29,896 bases of DNA from Priapulus caudatus (Eukaryota), in assembly GCF_000485595.1 (NCBI RefSeq), contig NW_014577069.1, forward strand, positions 315,670-345,565, written 5' to 3'. The notes beneath the pieces were generated by a model, which did no database searches, had not been told where the DNA came from, and worked only from the letters and a program-made list of their open reading frames with translations. Numbering within the stretch: the first letter of the stretch is position 1; each line of letters opens with the position of its first letter. This document shows, piece by piece, positions 12,123-24,503 of this stretch. Made by a program: the position numbers and the translations under genes.

Positions 12123-12814
12123 CGTGGCAAACACAGACGGAGCCAATGCATGGATGAGTTTATTAATTAGCGTCTTGCAACCTTCTGTTTAAATTTTGCA
12201 TAATGCGTCTTCCAATAAGTTTCTATTCACCAAGAAAATGCATTTTCCGATAAATCCCCTGGCTAGATTTTCGAACATTGCCACACAGATCGCCAGTAGA
12301 AGTATATATTGTTTATCTTATCTTATATCAGTCATTGAGCAATTCTTAGCTCTTCTCTAAATTTCTGACAGTTGTAAACAATTTGCAGTAAAATTTTGAG
12401 TGAAAGTGATCATATTCTTGATTCTATCGTCTGGCCGAAATGATAATTTTTTAAATATTTACTATTATATTATATTGCTTATTACTTATTGCTTACTTAT
12501 TTCTTATTACTTATTACGCTGCGGGTGATTATCTAGTCAAAACAGTGGGCATTGCAGACAAGTACGCGCCACCCCCGCGCCGTTGAACAATGGTATCTGC
12601 CAGTAGTTTCGGCCATTCACGAGCAAGCATTTCCGCAGCGGATCGGACGTGAGTCGGCGGTGTTCGCATGTGTTCAACACTCGCGTGTGTTTGCCAGCGT
12701 GCTTGTTTGTGATCGTTATTCCCAACTCCGTGGTAGGCATTTAGGAAATACACCCAGGATTTGTGACCGTCTAGGAATGCTGTGAAGAAATACAGGAATG
12801 CCGTAAGAGAGAAA

Positions 12815-12817
12815 ATG
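12815..12817 (+). CDS. Candidate alternative first exon, coding part is the ATG only
   Basis: gaaaATG|gtatgt with donor at 12818. In-frame TGA at 12764 with no ATG in between. GC-richer leader from about 12540. Confidence 0.55.
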
Positions 12818-13717
12818 GTATGTGAAGTTGTCGACTGTACGTCAACCGTTCGTTCGTAAGCGGCGATGTACATATTACTACGTCTGTGTTGACATCGCAA
12901 TGGCAACGCATCGGCGAGTTTGAATTACTAGTACTAGTACTAGTAGTAGTACTACTCTTCTTTTAGTACTTTATTTTTAATCGATCCTGAGTTGCATTGA
13001 GTTTGTTATAAATTTGTAATAACGATAATTGTAATATGTAACAGTATGCGGTATTGCATGAGTGATTTCAGGTCGGTGTAGATATACGGTGTAATACAGC
13101 ATTACGTTGATTTGTAAACTTTTGTGTCATGTACTAACTCCGTCACTAACTGTCTCATGGCAGAAATGTCTGCGAGTCATCTAGCTACGTGTTCTTGCGA
13201 TCTGATATTTGGAGATAAAATGTCGCCAGCGACAAGATATCCACATACTACCGAGCTAGATCATACATATGATGGTTAGGTGCGCGGTCATCAACGGTGA
13301 AAACAAAATATCGCATTCATTTAATCGCCCACGCTAGCTAGCGACAAAAGTCGCAGTGCGACGACCTTTTTTGTGGAGCGTGGACTCACGGTGCAAGCGG
13401 ACACGTGGTGGCAGTCACACACACGCGACCGCGCACGCACACCCACCCACGCACGCATGTATATCGTTGGGATAGGCGTTCGTGGTACAGGGCTTGGTGG
13501 TGTTGTGTTGCCCACAGTGTGCCGGTGGCTGGAGCTCTTAAGTGGTCATGACAGGTGTTCACGTACAGCCAGCTGAACACTGTGTACTCCTGCACCAGTG
13601 GCCTGAACCAGTGGCCTTTTCGAACACTGCCCAATTTGTGTTGTAACCGGAGAAATAGCAAGAAAACTCACTGAGCGTAATTCATGAATAACGAAAGTAA
13701 CGAGGGCTCAATATACC

Positions 13718-14232
13718 CAGGGGCGGATTCAGACCGTATTTGCCGTATTGGGAAATACGGTCTAGATTTCAAAGTGCCCTTCGAAATTTTGCGCTAAAAA
13801 ATACAGAAAACAATTTGATGGAATTTGGCTATATTCTTTATTTCTCTTCTTCTGGTTCATTGACAGGACTTGAAAGAAATCAAAATTTTAAATGGTAACA
13901 GAACTAACTTTGATATCTGAAAAAGAAGAGAAGTGCTTGAATCATTCTGCATTAATTGCTGTTATGCAAAGCGCAAGCAAAATGAAGCAGAAATAAAATT
14001 CCATATGGTTTTTAGCTATTGATGCTTGACTAAATGTGTGCTCAAATGGTGCTCATTTTTGCGCCCAGGTACCCTTGAAATTTCGAAATTTCCTGGGGGA
14101 GGCCCCCCAGACCCCCCGCCATGTGCTTCTGCGCCTAACGGCGCCCACTGTGGTGTGGTGTGCCCTTTTTGGGGGATGTGCCCTTAAAATCTGGAAAAAT
14201 ACTGTCTAGCTTCAGCCCTGGATCCGCCCCTG
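13718..14232. mobile_element. 515-bp non-autonomous TIR DNA transposon (hAT-like termini)
   Basis: TIR caggggcggattcag / ctggatccgcccctg (14/15 match), internal ggggg-aggc-ccccc hairpin, no ORF. TSD is not clean. Confidence 0.75.
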
Positions 14233-14782
14233 ATAGCCCCCGATATTACTCCCTCCCAAGCTATTATAATAGTTCACATCGCTAAAGTTCAAAGTAATCT
14301 TAACTTTGGCATGGTAGTAAAGTATAGTAGCGTCACACACTGGCATATAAATGATAAGGATTTGTTCTTAACTTACCCCATAACCGTTTTATGAGAACTA
14401 ACATTATGTATTATCATATGTAAAAGCAAAGACTGGCGCATGTAATCGTAGGCGTATATGTAACATGTAATTTTTTGTTATGTTTTTACGTTACATACGT
14501 AAGAATGAGTGTGAACGTGTTACATAGAACATTACGTTCTAGCCGTGTGAAACTTAACGCTAACAGGGACACATGTATATATATAGCGTATATGTGCTGT
14601 GAGTCATAGATCACGTACTGTGTGTGAGGTCCACTCACGTTGACACTTGAGATGTTCAAACACTGGACAGAAGGTTGTGCGGATGAACTATATAGTGCGG
14701 CTCTATTCATCCCGAGTTGCTGGCGCCATGCTTATTCACTCTTCTGCGAACAAGAAAACAAGAATAGGCGTGTGAAAGAGCC

Positions 14783-14833
14783 ATGTACCTGCCACGTATC
14801 AGACAAGGGTGGGAGGGATTTCCTGTGCTGTTG
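14783..14833 (+). CDS. Candidate alternative first exon, MYLPRIRQGWEGFPVLL
   Basis: gccATG context, 17 open codons, TTG|gtacgt donor at 14834, phase 0; in-frame TAG at 14765. Confidence 0.45.
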
Positions 14834-16074
14834 GTACGTGAGGATGAGCCTTCGAATACAATATATATATATGCCATTTTAACTGTTTGTTATACGCAAG
14901 TTGTGATTACACTACCGTTTATGATGACACTTTGTCGGTAACCCCGGCCGAAACTACATGTGTTTCAACAAAAGGAAAAAAGTTTTACATGTTTAGCTGT
15001 AAACTAGCGTACTTTTAGTAAACTAGTCACATCCTTGCTCCCATGTGCATGGTTCCAGGTACGACACGTATGGTTCCAGTCCGTTTGTAATGTAGCGCGT
15101 CTGGGAAGAGGCACGAAGTATTGGGTCGTTGTAAAAATGGCCAACAATCTACTAACAATGGGCGCTGGTAGACGCCATAAATGTTTAGTTTACAACGAGC
15201 CAGTGTCTGAACGTTACTGCGCTGCCATTAAACCGGAAAGAGCAACACGCAGATGAGAGGCGAAGGATGTGCAATGCAAGGAGGGTTCTTTAGCGCTATA
15301 TGACGCGTTGTTCCAATTTTACATATTGATCCTAGAAAGGTACGTGGACTTCAAAAGCAAGAAACATGTTGGATCTTAGCTTCAAATAATGTGAAAAATT
15401 GTTAGTAGATAGGTTATTACAACCCATCTTATTTGGCTAGGGAAGAAAACCAGTGTTGCCATTGGCAGGTTCCTTTGAGTTTGAGTTACAAATTGGAGAG
15501 AACTGATGCATAAAAATTCAAGTGTGCGTCTGCTGCATGCACATGCTGTCTATAGAATACGGACACAAGTTGTCTGATCATAGATCTGTGGCACACAGTG
15601 AAGGGATTAGGAAATTCTGTTTCAGTTTCAGTACGTGCACCTCTTGTTGAAACCTGTTTGCTATTCTTGGCACCTGCCACCATCTCATCTCTGCTACACC
15701 CCGTCAGCGGAACAGACGAATAAACGTTTCGTTTCGGCAAGAATGACACATCTTACCAGTCTGAAATTATAGGGTTTTATCCAGAGCCGTAATTAATTCT
15801 AAGAGCAGAAGATCAGGTTTTTACGAGAGGTAATCCCTCCAATGATCCACATGAGAGAGGCAAGCTCAGCTCAGCTTATATTGGAGATGTTTTCTATGAG
15901 TCACTGTAAGATTAATCGGTCTATCTGGTGCCAAGAGTGGGCAGTTGAGCTTTGGCACTTCATAAACCTGCTATCAATGTTTTAAAAAGAATTTTTCGAC
16001 GAGCTTAACGTTTTATGTCTTATAAATGTCTTTATCAGTAGTCTCTAAATATCTCGCTTGGGATAAGATAGTAA

Positions 16075-16114
16075 CAGGAGTGAATAATAATAGATCTATT
16101 ATTATTCACTCCTG
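16075..16114. mobile_element. 40-bp perfect palindrome, CAGGAGTGAAT family micro-MITE
   Basis: caggagtgaataataatagatctattattattcactcctg is its own reverse complement. Flanks atagtaa / atagcag match at 5 of 7 positions. Confidence 0.8.
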
Positions 16115-16261
16115 ATAGCAGTCGGTTTGCGATTCTTTGACATGTAGTGCAACAATGGTGTTGGAACTCGCGCAACACAGGTCCCTGTTTTTCCGCCTTT
16201 AAGAGTGGCGCAAGTACCAATCATGTATCACGGACATTGTGGGTTTATATGGTAATTTCAG

Positions 16262-16331
16262 GGGCCCGTTATCAAAAACAAAATTAGTCTTAACGTTAGT
16301 CTAACTTTACGATGTTTCTGACAACGGACCC
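16262..16331. mobile_element. 70-bp MITE with 3-bp CAG duplication (PIF/Harbinger-like)
   Basis: TIR gggcccgttatcaaaaaca / tgtttctgacaacggaccc (16/19 match); cag at 16259-16261 and 16332-16334. Confidence 0.65.
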
Positions 16332-17182
16332 CAGGATGCAAGTTAAGAAAAATCTTCGGGATTTGAACTTGTAAGCATAAGTGAACAGCGTTGCTACATC
16401 CTCTTGCGTAATAAACTAATAATTGCATGCTTTCTAGTAAAATGTTCGTTTCCAGTTACCGGTCCTTCACCCATGTTTTGTGCTGTTTATGTTATTACAA
16501 GCCTTTCTTGGTCAGTGACTGATGTATAGATTTATATTCCCAGATTCTATCTTCACTGAAACGCATTTCCCGTGAGACATTCCTATTGAATGTGGAATTG
16601 TGTTGAGATCGAAAGTTTCAATAGCGGTGATGTTTTCCGTTGTTGTGTGCATAATGGTAAATCCATTGATTTCAAATTGCTCCGATTTTTGTGTGTGGGA
16701 ATTGGTCATTTGCAAAGCGCTTGAATTCCAAGGTTGGCCAGTTGATCAAAAATCAAAAATCATTTACTTTCTAACAGAGAAATCTGCTTGGATTTACCTC
16801 ATCGTGCATGTTGGAGTGTTAATGACAGAAAGTAAAACCTCGTTTTTAAATTCTGAAATTTTCCCAGTTTTGTTAGTGAAAATACAGGCGAGCTGAATAT
16901 TCGTGTATGTTTCAGTCGCTATATATGGTTACTACAAAGGCAACGCAGCTGTGCTAGTGGATATTGCCACTAGGTGTCCGGTTTGGATCAGTCACTTGCC
17001 CTTTTCTCATTTTCGAAGCATTTGTAATTAAAGCAGTGTCTGTCGAGTACCAGCTACGACGAGAGCTGATGCTCCGGCGACCGTTGATAGAAAAGTGCCG
17101 GTTTCCTGTGCTTTGATCGGTCGTCCATCACGCTTCGTCGAACTTTTTTAGCAGGAAAATTGCGCCGGATTGAAAGTTTTCG

Positions 17183-17188
17183 ATGCAT
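17183..17188 (+). CDS. Candidate alternative first exon, MH
   Basis: ATG CAT|gtgagt, phase 0; in-frame TGA at 17171; TCAGTC motifs upstream near 16912 and 16988. Confidence 0.35.
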
Positions 17189-18212
17189 GTGAGTCATTAC
17201 TGTGGGTGAAGGCAGCTGCGAGGCACCGTGCCGTATTGGCTGACACGTAAACCACTGATGCGGGCAACTACAGATAAACGCGATAGTTGTAGGTGGGAAG
17301 GCAACCAATTTTCAACCCCCACCTCACTCCATGCGTGTTTGATTTTTTTATAAGAAATTGTAGACTTTCTGCAGTAGCTGTCGTTCCTGTGTACGTGGAA
17401 GATATTACGAGAAAACCGTCGCGTGGAATTTAATTCTACAGTAAACCGTGAGCGGGAGTCAGATTCGAGCTGCCACTCATTTGTGACACACGCGGCGTGC
17501 TCCTCCGTTCACGGGGACGAGAGCCTTTCATCACCGAGCAACTACAGTTGCAGAGTTTTCGCAGCAACAGTTTCTCTTTGTGTAAGTCGGCGTTGAATAC
17601 TTCTCGAGTGTCTTTGTTAGCTGGTGGGTGGGTGCTTGTTCTGCCACAATCCTCGTACACGTACCGTCGTAACGGCGATTTTTTCACGCGCAATGTGAGC
17701 AAGGAAATAAAACTACGCGTTACACTCTTATTTAGTCATGTTTGAAGATATACAGTTGTGCGTTATTGTTTATAGAACTGGATATCATGGATATATTACC
17801 CCTAGGATATTTTCTTAATGTGATATACGCACACAGTTGCTTTGTTTTAAAATCTAAAATTGCTTCAGCGAGCATTGCTGTGAAGTTCAGTCGCATCATA
17901 TCGTGCTATTCCATGCTACTCCAGGTTGAATAATTATTCTAAGCATCTCCTCGCATGTTTCATTGCAGCGAGTGCTTGCGTATTATATCCATTTCTAGGC
18001 ACTTCCAAAGCTTCCTACCACGAATACGGGCGTGTACATTGATTGCGAAGGTTGTACGAAGGCTGCGGACTTCTTATAGGGGCATGTCCCAGCCCAACAA
18101 ATCCCAATCCCCACAGGGCGTTGTATGACATTGCAGCATACAGGTCTCATAAATGGGCTGTGTAGAGCTGGCGGGATCATCATCATCATCATCTATAGGG
18201 GCCGGGCAGCAC

Positions 18213-18309
18213 CACTGAACTATAACAATAGTATTACAATATACACATTGCACAACAGTACAATAACAGTATACTATTATATAATATATACAATTGTTAT
18301 AGTTCAGTG
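18213..18309. mobile_element. 97-bp MITE with 8-bp TSD (CA...TG ends, P-element-like)
   Basis: Perfect 17-bp TIR cactgaactataacaat. Exact TSD ggcagcac at 18205-18212 and 18310-18317. Confidence 0.85.
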
Positions 18310-19711
18310 GGCAGCACATCAACCTGTAGAGTTACAGGTCTAATGACACTGGTTAGGTGATGGAAGGCAGGAGAGAGGGTTGGGCTGTTTTAAGGTGTTG
18401 AAGGCAGACGTGCAAGTTTTGATAAACGATTATTGTGAATACACTTGATTAGTAATAGGGCAATGTGAGGGCGGGTCTGTTCGTAGGTTGCGTGAGCGTG
18501 GTACACATGCAGTAGCCGCGTGGTCGTTAGCATTTAAACGCTTAATTTCAAGATCGCGAAACATTTATTTATTTATTCATATCTTCACCGCACTTTCTGC
18601 GCATGAGTTATTAATTGGAAGTGGCTCATCAGTACCACAAGAGTTGATGAAGTATTCAGCGTGACTCATCGAATAAACAGTGTCTCCAGATTTGTTTGTA
18701 AGAGATTATTATATATGCCGATATGTTGGCATAGGTACGCGATTTTCTAATATATACGTACACAGTACATACATTACACACGCACCCTCCCTCCCCACGC
18801 ACACACACGAAACGCAAATTGACATAAACGGGTATTCATTAACATTGCTAAAATGTAAACAGAATTTTAACTCTGTAAACAGGAACGTTCGTCCAACAGG
18901 CACCGCAATATCCGTGTCATTTGCAGGTATGACGGCTTGTGTGTACATTCATCAAGCTGCTAATAAACAACCCATAAGTTTATAGCCACAAATATTTTAC
19001 AAAAATGCCATTTTCTAAACATGCGATGTGGCCAGGTAAAATGCTAAACCTGTGTGAGCAGCCGTGGGCGTGCGTTGAACACAAAAGGTCACCACTAGAC
19101 TACAATTCTTGTTTACCAACCATGATTGCAGCCTATGCTAGTAATTAGTGAGAGAATAGTACATTTTCTGGTCGGTAGATCAAAGAGATTTAGCGGCGTC
19201 TGTTATGTACACTGCGGCGAAATGTAAACAATCAAATTTATCACGGACAGTGGTTATAGAACGCTCTGCCACTTTCTGCAGCCTTGGACCAGTGGTCACC
19301 GAAACAGCGAAAATGTTGAAAACCGTAAAAATTCAGTATTAGTGATATAGTCACAATTTCATGATATGTATCACACTCTGTCCGATTATTTACCTCTGCA
19401 TCGTTAATGATGTCCCTGGAATCAGTTCCCGGTAATATTCGCAATCAACTTGCCTTCCAACGTTGGATGTTGGCTGTGTATAACGAACGTATTTGTTGAG
19501 TAAAACGTGTTTGTAATCGTGTTCATATGGACATGCATGACGGGTTTGAGGAAGATTAAACTGCAAATCATTAACTCCGAATCTTTGGAGAAGGACCGAG
19601 GACCAAGAAACTGAGGATAGACGGACGAGGGAAGTAGAGTGCTGTAAGACGGCACCTCGTCGCATCCTAACCAAGGTCAACTGCTGGGGAAAAGCCTACA
19701 CGTGTGATCAG

Positions 19712-19741
19712 ATGGCGCGTACAGTATACTTGCGAGAGACG
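19712..19741 (+). CDS. Candidate alternative first exon, MARTVYLRET
   Basis: ATGG start, ACG|gtaatt donor at 19742 (moderate), phase 0; TCAGTT at 19422. Confidence 0.3.
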
Positions 19742-20711
19742 GTAATTGAGACCAGTCGTTGGCACGAGGGTTATGTTGTGGGAGTGTTAAGTCTGTACCC
19801 GTTGGCGTGAGAGGAAATCGCTGTCAGTTTCTTACAGTCTAAGAAAAAATAGTTACGGAGAAGACAAGTTCTACAGTGGTTGGTTGGCTCCAGCGAAATG
19901 GTGATGTAACAGCGAAGGTAAAATAATATAGACATACGCGTTTATACAGATTAAAAATATACAAAAAACAATATACACAAATTGAAAAATGATATAACAT
20001 AACTGTATAACCATATAAAAATAAATAATATACGTTTGTTAGCTTCGAATGCCAATAGCTGACTCGGTCAATATATAACCTTAGGGAGGCAGTGACGAGC
20101 ACGCACGCTCGAGTAAATGACCACCGGCTAGGGGCCATAGTGAGCCCAGCCATTGGTGATTTTAAAAATTCATCGGGCGATTGGCGGCTCGTTAGTAATT
20201 CTGATTGCGGTAATAGGGCAGTGATAGATAATTGATGTCGCTATTCTCTGCGTCCAGTACTAATGTAGGTAACAATGATCGAATATAGGCAATACAATGA
20301 CACACACACGCGGACGGGGTCGCAAAATATCCGGCCTGCTACGTATGACCAATGAAGCAAGAACACGCGGCGGGTGGGATCAGTAGCGGGATGCCGAAAT
20401 TAGCATGCATGCGTGAATTGTAAAAGAAGGCCTGCGCGTCTAATTGCAAGTAGCAAAGTAATGCGCCATGTCAAGTGCTGGCGTCGTGCGTGAGTGACGT
20501 CATGGAACCTATAGTATAGATAGATGCTGTAGATGCATCGTTCCAAAGCTTCGTCAGGTTTGGACTTTGTCGTTGTATTCTTTTCGACCGTGGCAAAAAC
20601 GTTTTCTCAATTTTGAAACTTGCTGGTAGGTCGAGTGCAAACAAAAACTCCAAATATTCACGCGAAACAAAAATAGGGGGATTCCTTGTTAAATATAATT
20701 AATTTATTAAT

Positions 20712-21360
20712 TATACGGGCTTCCTTGGTAGATATATACGGGCTTCCTTTGTAAATATATACGGGCTTCTTTGGTAAATATATATGGGCTTTCTAATTGG
20801 TAAATATATACGGGCTTCATTAGTAAATATATATACGGGCTTCCTTGGTAAATATATATACGAGCTTCCTAGGTAAATGTATACGGATTTCCTTGGTAAA
20901 TATATACGGGCTTCCTTGGTAAATATATACGGACTTCCTTGGTAAATATATACGGCCTTTCTTGGTAAATATATATACGGGCTTCCTTGGTAAATATATA
21001 CGGGCTTCCTTGGTAAGTATATACGGGCTTCCTTGGTAAATATATATGGGCTTCCTTGGTAAGTATATACGGGCTTCCTTGGTAAATATATATGGGCTTC
21101 TTTGGTAAATATATACGGGCTTTCTTGGTAAATATATATACGGGCTTCCTTGGTAAATATATATGGGCTTCCTTGGTAAATATATACGGGCTTTCTTGGT
21201 AAATATATATACGGGCTTCCTTGGTAAATATATACGGGCTTCCTTGGTAAATATATATACAGGCTTCCTTGGTAAATATATACGGGCTTCCTTGGTAAAT
21301 ATATACGGGCTTCATTGTTAAATATATACGGGCTTCCTTGGTAAATATATACAGGTTTCC
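20712..21360. repeat. Minisatellite, 23-bp unit gggcttccttggtaaatatatac (23-25 bp variants), roughly 27 copies
   Basis: Directly visible head-to-tail array with no unique spacers. Confidence 0.95.
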
Positions 21361-22784
21361 TATTTTTTCGTGCAACACAATTCGCTTATAATTTTTTAGT
21401 TATGGATTCTTACATCAGAGGTTCATCATAGGGGGTTCATCAGGTAAATTTCCACAAGCCGCTACTTCATAATTCTCGAATGTAAGAATTTCTGCAAGAA
21501 AGAGGCTTAATTATGCACATATTTTCTTTCATATTTATGCTGCCACCCTAGTGCAAATTCAGAATCAGTTCGATTTGCAGTGTAATACGCAGATGCCCAC
21601 ACAGACATCAAATTGCAAATTGCACAGCGTGTTTGACGATGAGAATGGATTTAAAGGCATTGTGATAGGTTACAAAAGCATCGAAATTCTGCATACAATG
21701 GCGGGCGACGCTATACAGATGTTCCCTGTTCAATGGGACTGTTACGTATTACCCTCGTAGTTAACATTTGAAAGCCGAGCTTTTGAGATTATCCTAAACC
21801 TGACACAGAGCTTATAGCCCTATAGCTTATAGCCTGGCAGTGTAGCCGAGTGTAGAATTAATTTTCATTAATGATATGTCAGCATATATGCGCACACATT
21901 GAAGCTGGATCGGATGGACTTACATACAGAATATACATTACATATAAATCACGGGTTCAGTGCCTCTTCCATAATCTGGACAGTATGTGTCAGCCAGTGG
22001 GTTTAGTTTCACTCAAAGCATTTTAGCACAATATTTGAAGAAAAACGATACAAGATAGTAAAGCTTGTTGGGTTAACTTTGCTCCTTCTCCGCATGGTGT
22101 ATAAAAAATTTCGTAAGCTAGTGTTTTATAACAACTGCTCAAAGTTAACTATCTTTTGACACGGGACGAGACAACCAGCTGCAGTAGTTACTGTTTTTTA
22201 GCGTACAGCCCGTAAGCGACGGCAACTCTATATGTATAGTGAACTCTGATTGATCACAAGATGCTTAAGAGGGGCAATAGCCATTCCATTCCAAAGTTGC
22301 CACTCCTGGCCGCATTTCAGATACGGGAAAGCAATGCCTGCGGGATGTGATTTTTTTCCCTCTTGCTGTGCTGTTCATTTTTGACCTTGCACTCCCATCA
22401 TCCTACCGATTAACACCCTACCTCTTACAATCTCTTGACACCTAGGAATTTGTATGTGACTGACTATAGGCCTATTTCATTGGCAACTTCTTGCAAGTTC
22501 CTCCCGAAGCAATCATTTTGCTTTTACGGCAGTGCAATTATGGTTATTGTAGAGGCCTTTAAAGAGTGGGCTGTAACCGTGTTGCATGCCCGGGGGCAGG
22601 GAATCTCACGGGAATTCGAGTTTGGCTGATAAGGACTGCTCAGCATTCAACAAAGCCTGGCTTTCTTACTCGTTCGCACTAATGTCTAAGAATTGGTTTT
22701 GGAACCAACTATGATATAAGTAAGAGATGATAATGCTGTGTAGAAATGGCGAGAAATCGGGTGGCGGTGGGTGGTGGGTGGGGT

Positions 22785-23555
22785 NNNNNNNNNNNNNNNN
22801 NNNNNNNNNNNNNNNNNNNNNNNNNNNNNNNNNNNNNNNNNNNNNNNNNNNNNNNNNNNNNNNNNNNNNNNNNNNNNNNNNNNNNNNNNNNNNNNNNNNN
22901 NNNNNNNNNNNNNNNNNNNNNNNNNNNNNNNNNNNNNNNNNNNNNNNNNNNNNNNNNNNNNNNNNNNNNNNNNNNNNNNNNNNNNNNNNNNNNNNNNNNN
23001 NNNNNNNNNNNNNNNNNNNNNNNNNNNNNNNNNNNNNNNNNNNNNNNNNNNNNNNNNNNNNNNNNNNNNNNNNNNNNNNNNNNNNNNNNNNNNNNNNNNN
23101 NNNNNNNNNNNNNNNNNNNNNNNNNNNNNNNNNNNNNNNNNNNNNNNNNNNNNNNNNNNNNNNNNNNNNNNNNNNNNNNNNNNNNNNNNNNNNNNNNNNN
23201 NNNNNNNNNNNNNNNNNNNNNNNNNNNNNNNNNNNNNNNNNNNNNNNNNNNNNNNNNNNNNNNNNNNNNNNNNNNNNNNNNNNNNNNNNNNNNNNNNNNN
23301 NNNNNNNNNNNNNNNNNNNNNNNNNNNNNNNNNNNNNNNNNNNNNNNNNNNNNNNNNNNNNNNNNNNNNNNNNNNNNNNNNNNNNNNNNNNNNNNNNNNN
23401 NNNNNNNNNNNNNNNNNNNNNNNNNNNNNNNNNNNNNNNNNNNNNNNNNNNNNNNNNNNNNNNNNNNNNNNNNNNNNNNNNNNNNNNNNNNNNNNNNNNN
23501 NNNNNNNNNNNNNNNNNNNNNNNNNNNNNNNNNNNNNNNNNNNNNNNNNNNNNNN
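22785..23555. other. Assembly gap
   Basis: Run of N. Confidence 1.
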
Positions 23556-23669
23556 TCACTGTTCAAGCGTAACGGCCACGGAAACACCGGCTCATTCTCA
23601 TCTGCCCTTAGGGGCTTGGGTGGCCATTCTCACCATCAGAAGGAGAACGCATGTGCCTTACCTGTACCT

Positions 23670-24295
23670 TACCCTTACCCCCCATGCCCTTTTTCCTGTC
23701 CCTGCCCTTACCCATACGAGGGATACGTCCTTTATACAGCGAATTTATTCCTTTCCAATTTGCCTCGCCAATTATGACAAAACAGTTGGTATCCGTTCTA
23801 ACTGCACGTTGGCATTGTTACACGTCGGAAGCAGACATGCGCAGATTTACACAATAATCAGTCAATGGCCGCTATATATATATATATATATATACGCAGG
23901 AATCCTGACATCATGCCCATATATGCCATCTATAATATGCACACTCAAACCGCCCTGCTGCATGACACAACTATGAAACATCGGACTGCACCTGCGCGCA
24001 CTAAGAGGTTCGTTCGTTTCGGTGATCGTTCGTTCGTGTTCGTCGTTTCGACGTCCAGATAATATTGGTTATTCTTAAACCCGCCGAGGTGACTGTATCG
24101 CGGCACGTGAATACTACTTGGCTAGGTGTACAGTGGAGGAAAACCAATCGGGAAACGTCCGTGTAGCTGGCTAAGGCGCTACGCATCGTAGCCTTACAGA
24201 CACTGACATTATATATCAAGAGTACATATAATAGATATCTCTAAATCTAATCTGTATACATAATACATAATCTCTATTATCAACTTGCTATTATG
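23670..24295. repeat. Inverted duplicate of 28103-28690
   Basis: Colinear reverse-complement match (e.g. aattatgacaaaacagttggtatcc vs ggataccaactgttttgtcataatt); differences are mostly 1-2 bp indels. Confidence 0.9.
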
Positions 24296-24303
24296 TACTC
24301 TTG
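24217..24303. mobile_element. Palindromic micro-MITE (CAAGAGTA terminus)
   Basis: caagagtacatataatag ... ctattatgtactcttg; same first 8 nt as the element at 9216; TSD unclear. Confidence 0.65.
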
Positions 24304-24503
24304 ATCATATAGCAGGTAGACACCAAACAGTGTAGTAGGTACGCACTCACGCACGCACGCACGCACGCACACGCTCGCACACGCGCAGGCACGCTACTCG
24401 CGGCGCGCGCAACGGCGCACGGGCGCACACGCAAGCACACGCATCACGCACACGCAGCACGCACGCGCACACGCACACGCAACGCACACCACACACCACT
24501 TAC

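Noticed and set aside
767..12192. Many His/Thr/Arg/Cys/Val or Tyr/Ile-rich ORFs (also at 24803-25766 and 29440-29819)
   Set aside because: They are translations of CA, CACG and AT microsatellites, open in several frames at once.
16600..16896. FQGWPVDQKSKIIYFL resembling the family GWP motif that should follow the common exon
   Set aside because: It lies upstream of the common exon in the plus-strand model and on the wrong strand in the assembled model, with no phase-0 acceptor and no GDFYL. A profile search would settle it.
20712..21378. Regular 23-bp array as a CRISPR, and the 169-aa ORF on the minus strand
   Set aside because: Units are contiguous with no unique spacers and there are no cas genes; the ORF is simply the translated minisatellite.
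2631..21449. Other plus-strand donor-like sites (2631, 8058, 15059, 15340, 18927, 19918, 20490, 21444)
   Set aside because: No in-frame ATG in phase 0 before a stop. They may be non-coding or chance, and are recorded as the negatives in the first-exon tally.
22435..22629. DYRPISL resembling the non-LTR reverse transcriptase motif
   Set aside because: No upstream WK...PIPK or downstream QxGF motif. The match is centred on the palindromic word taggccta, so chance is likely.
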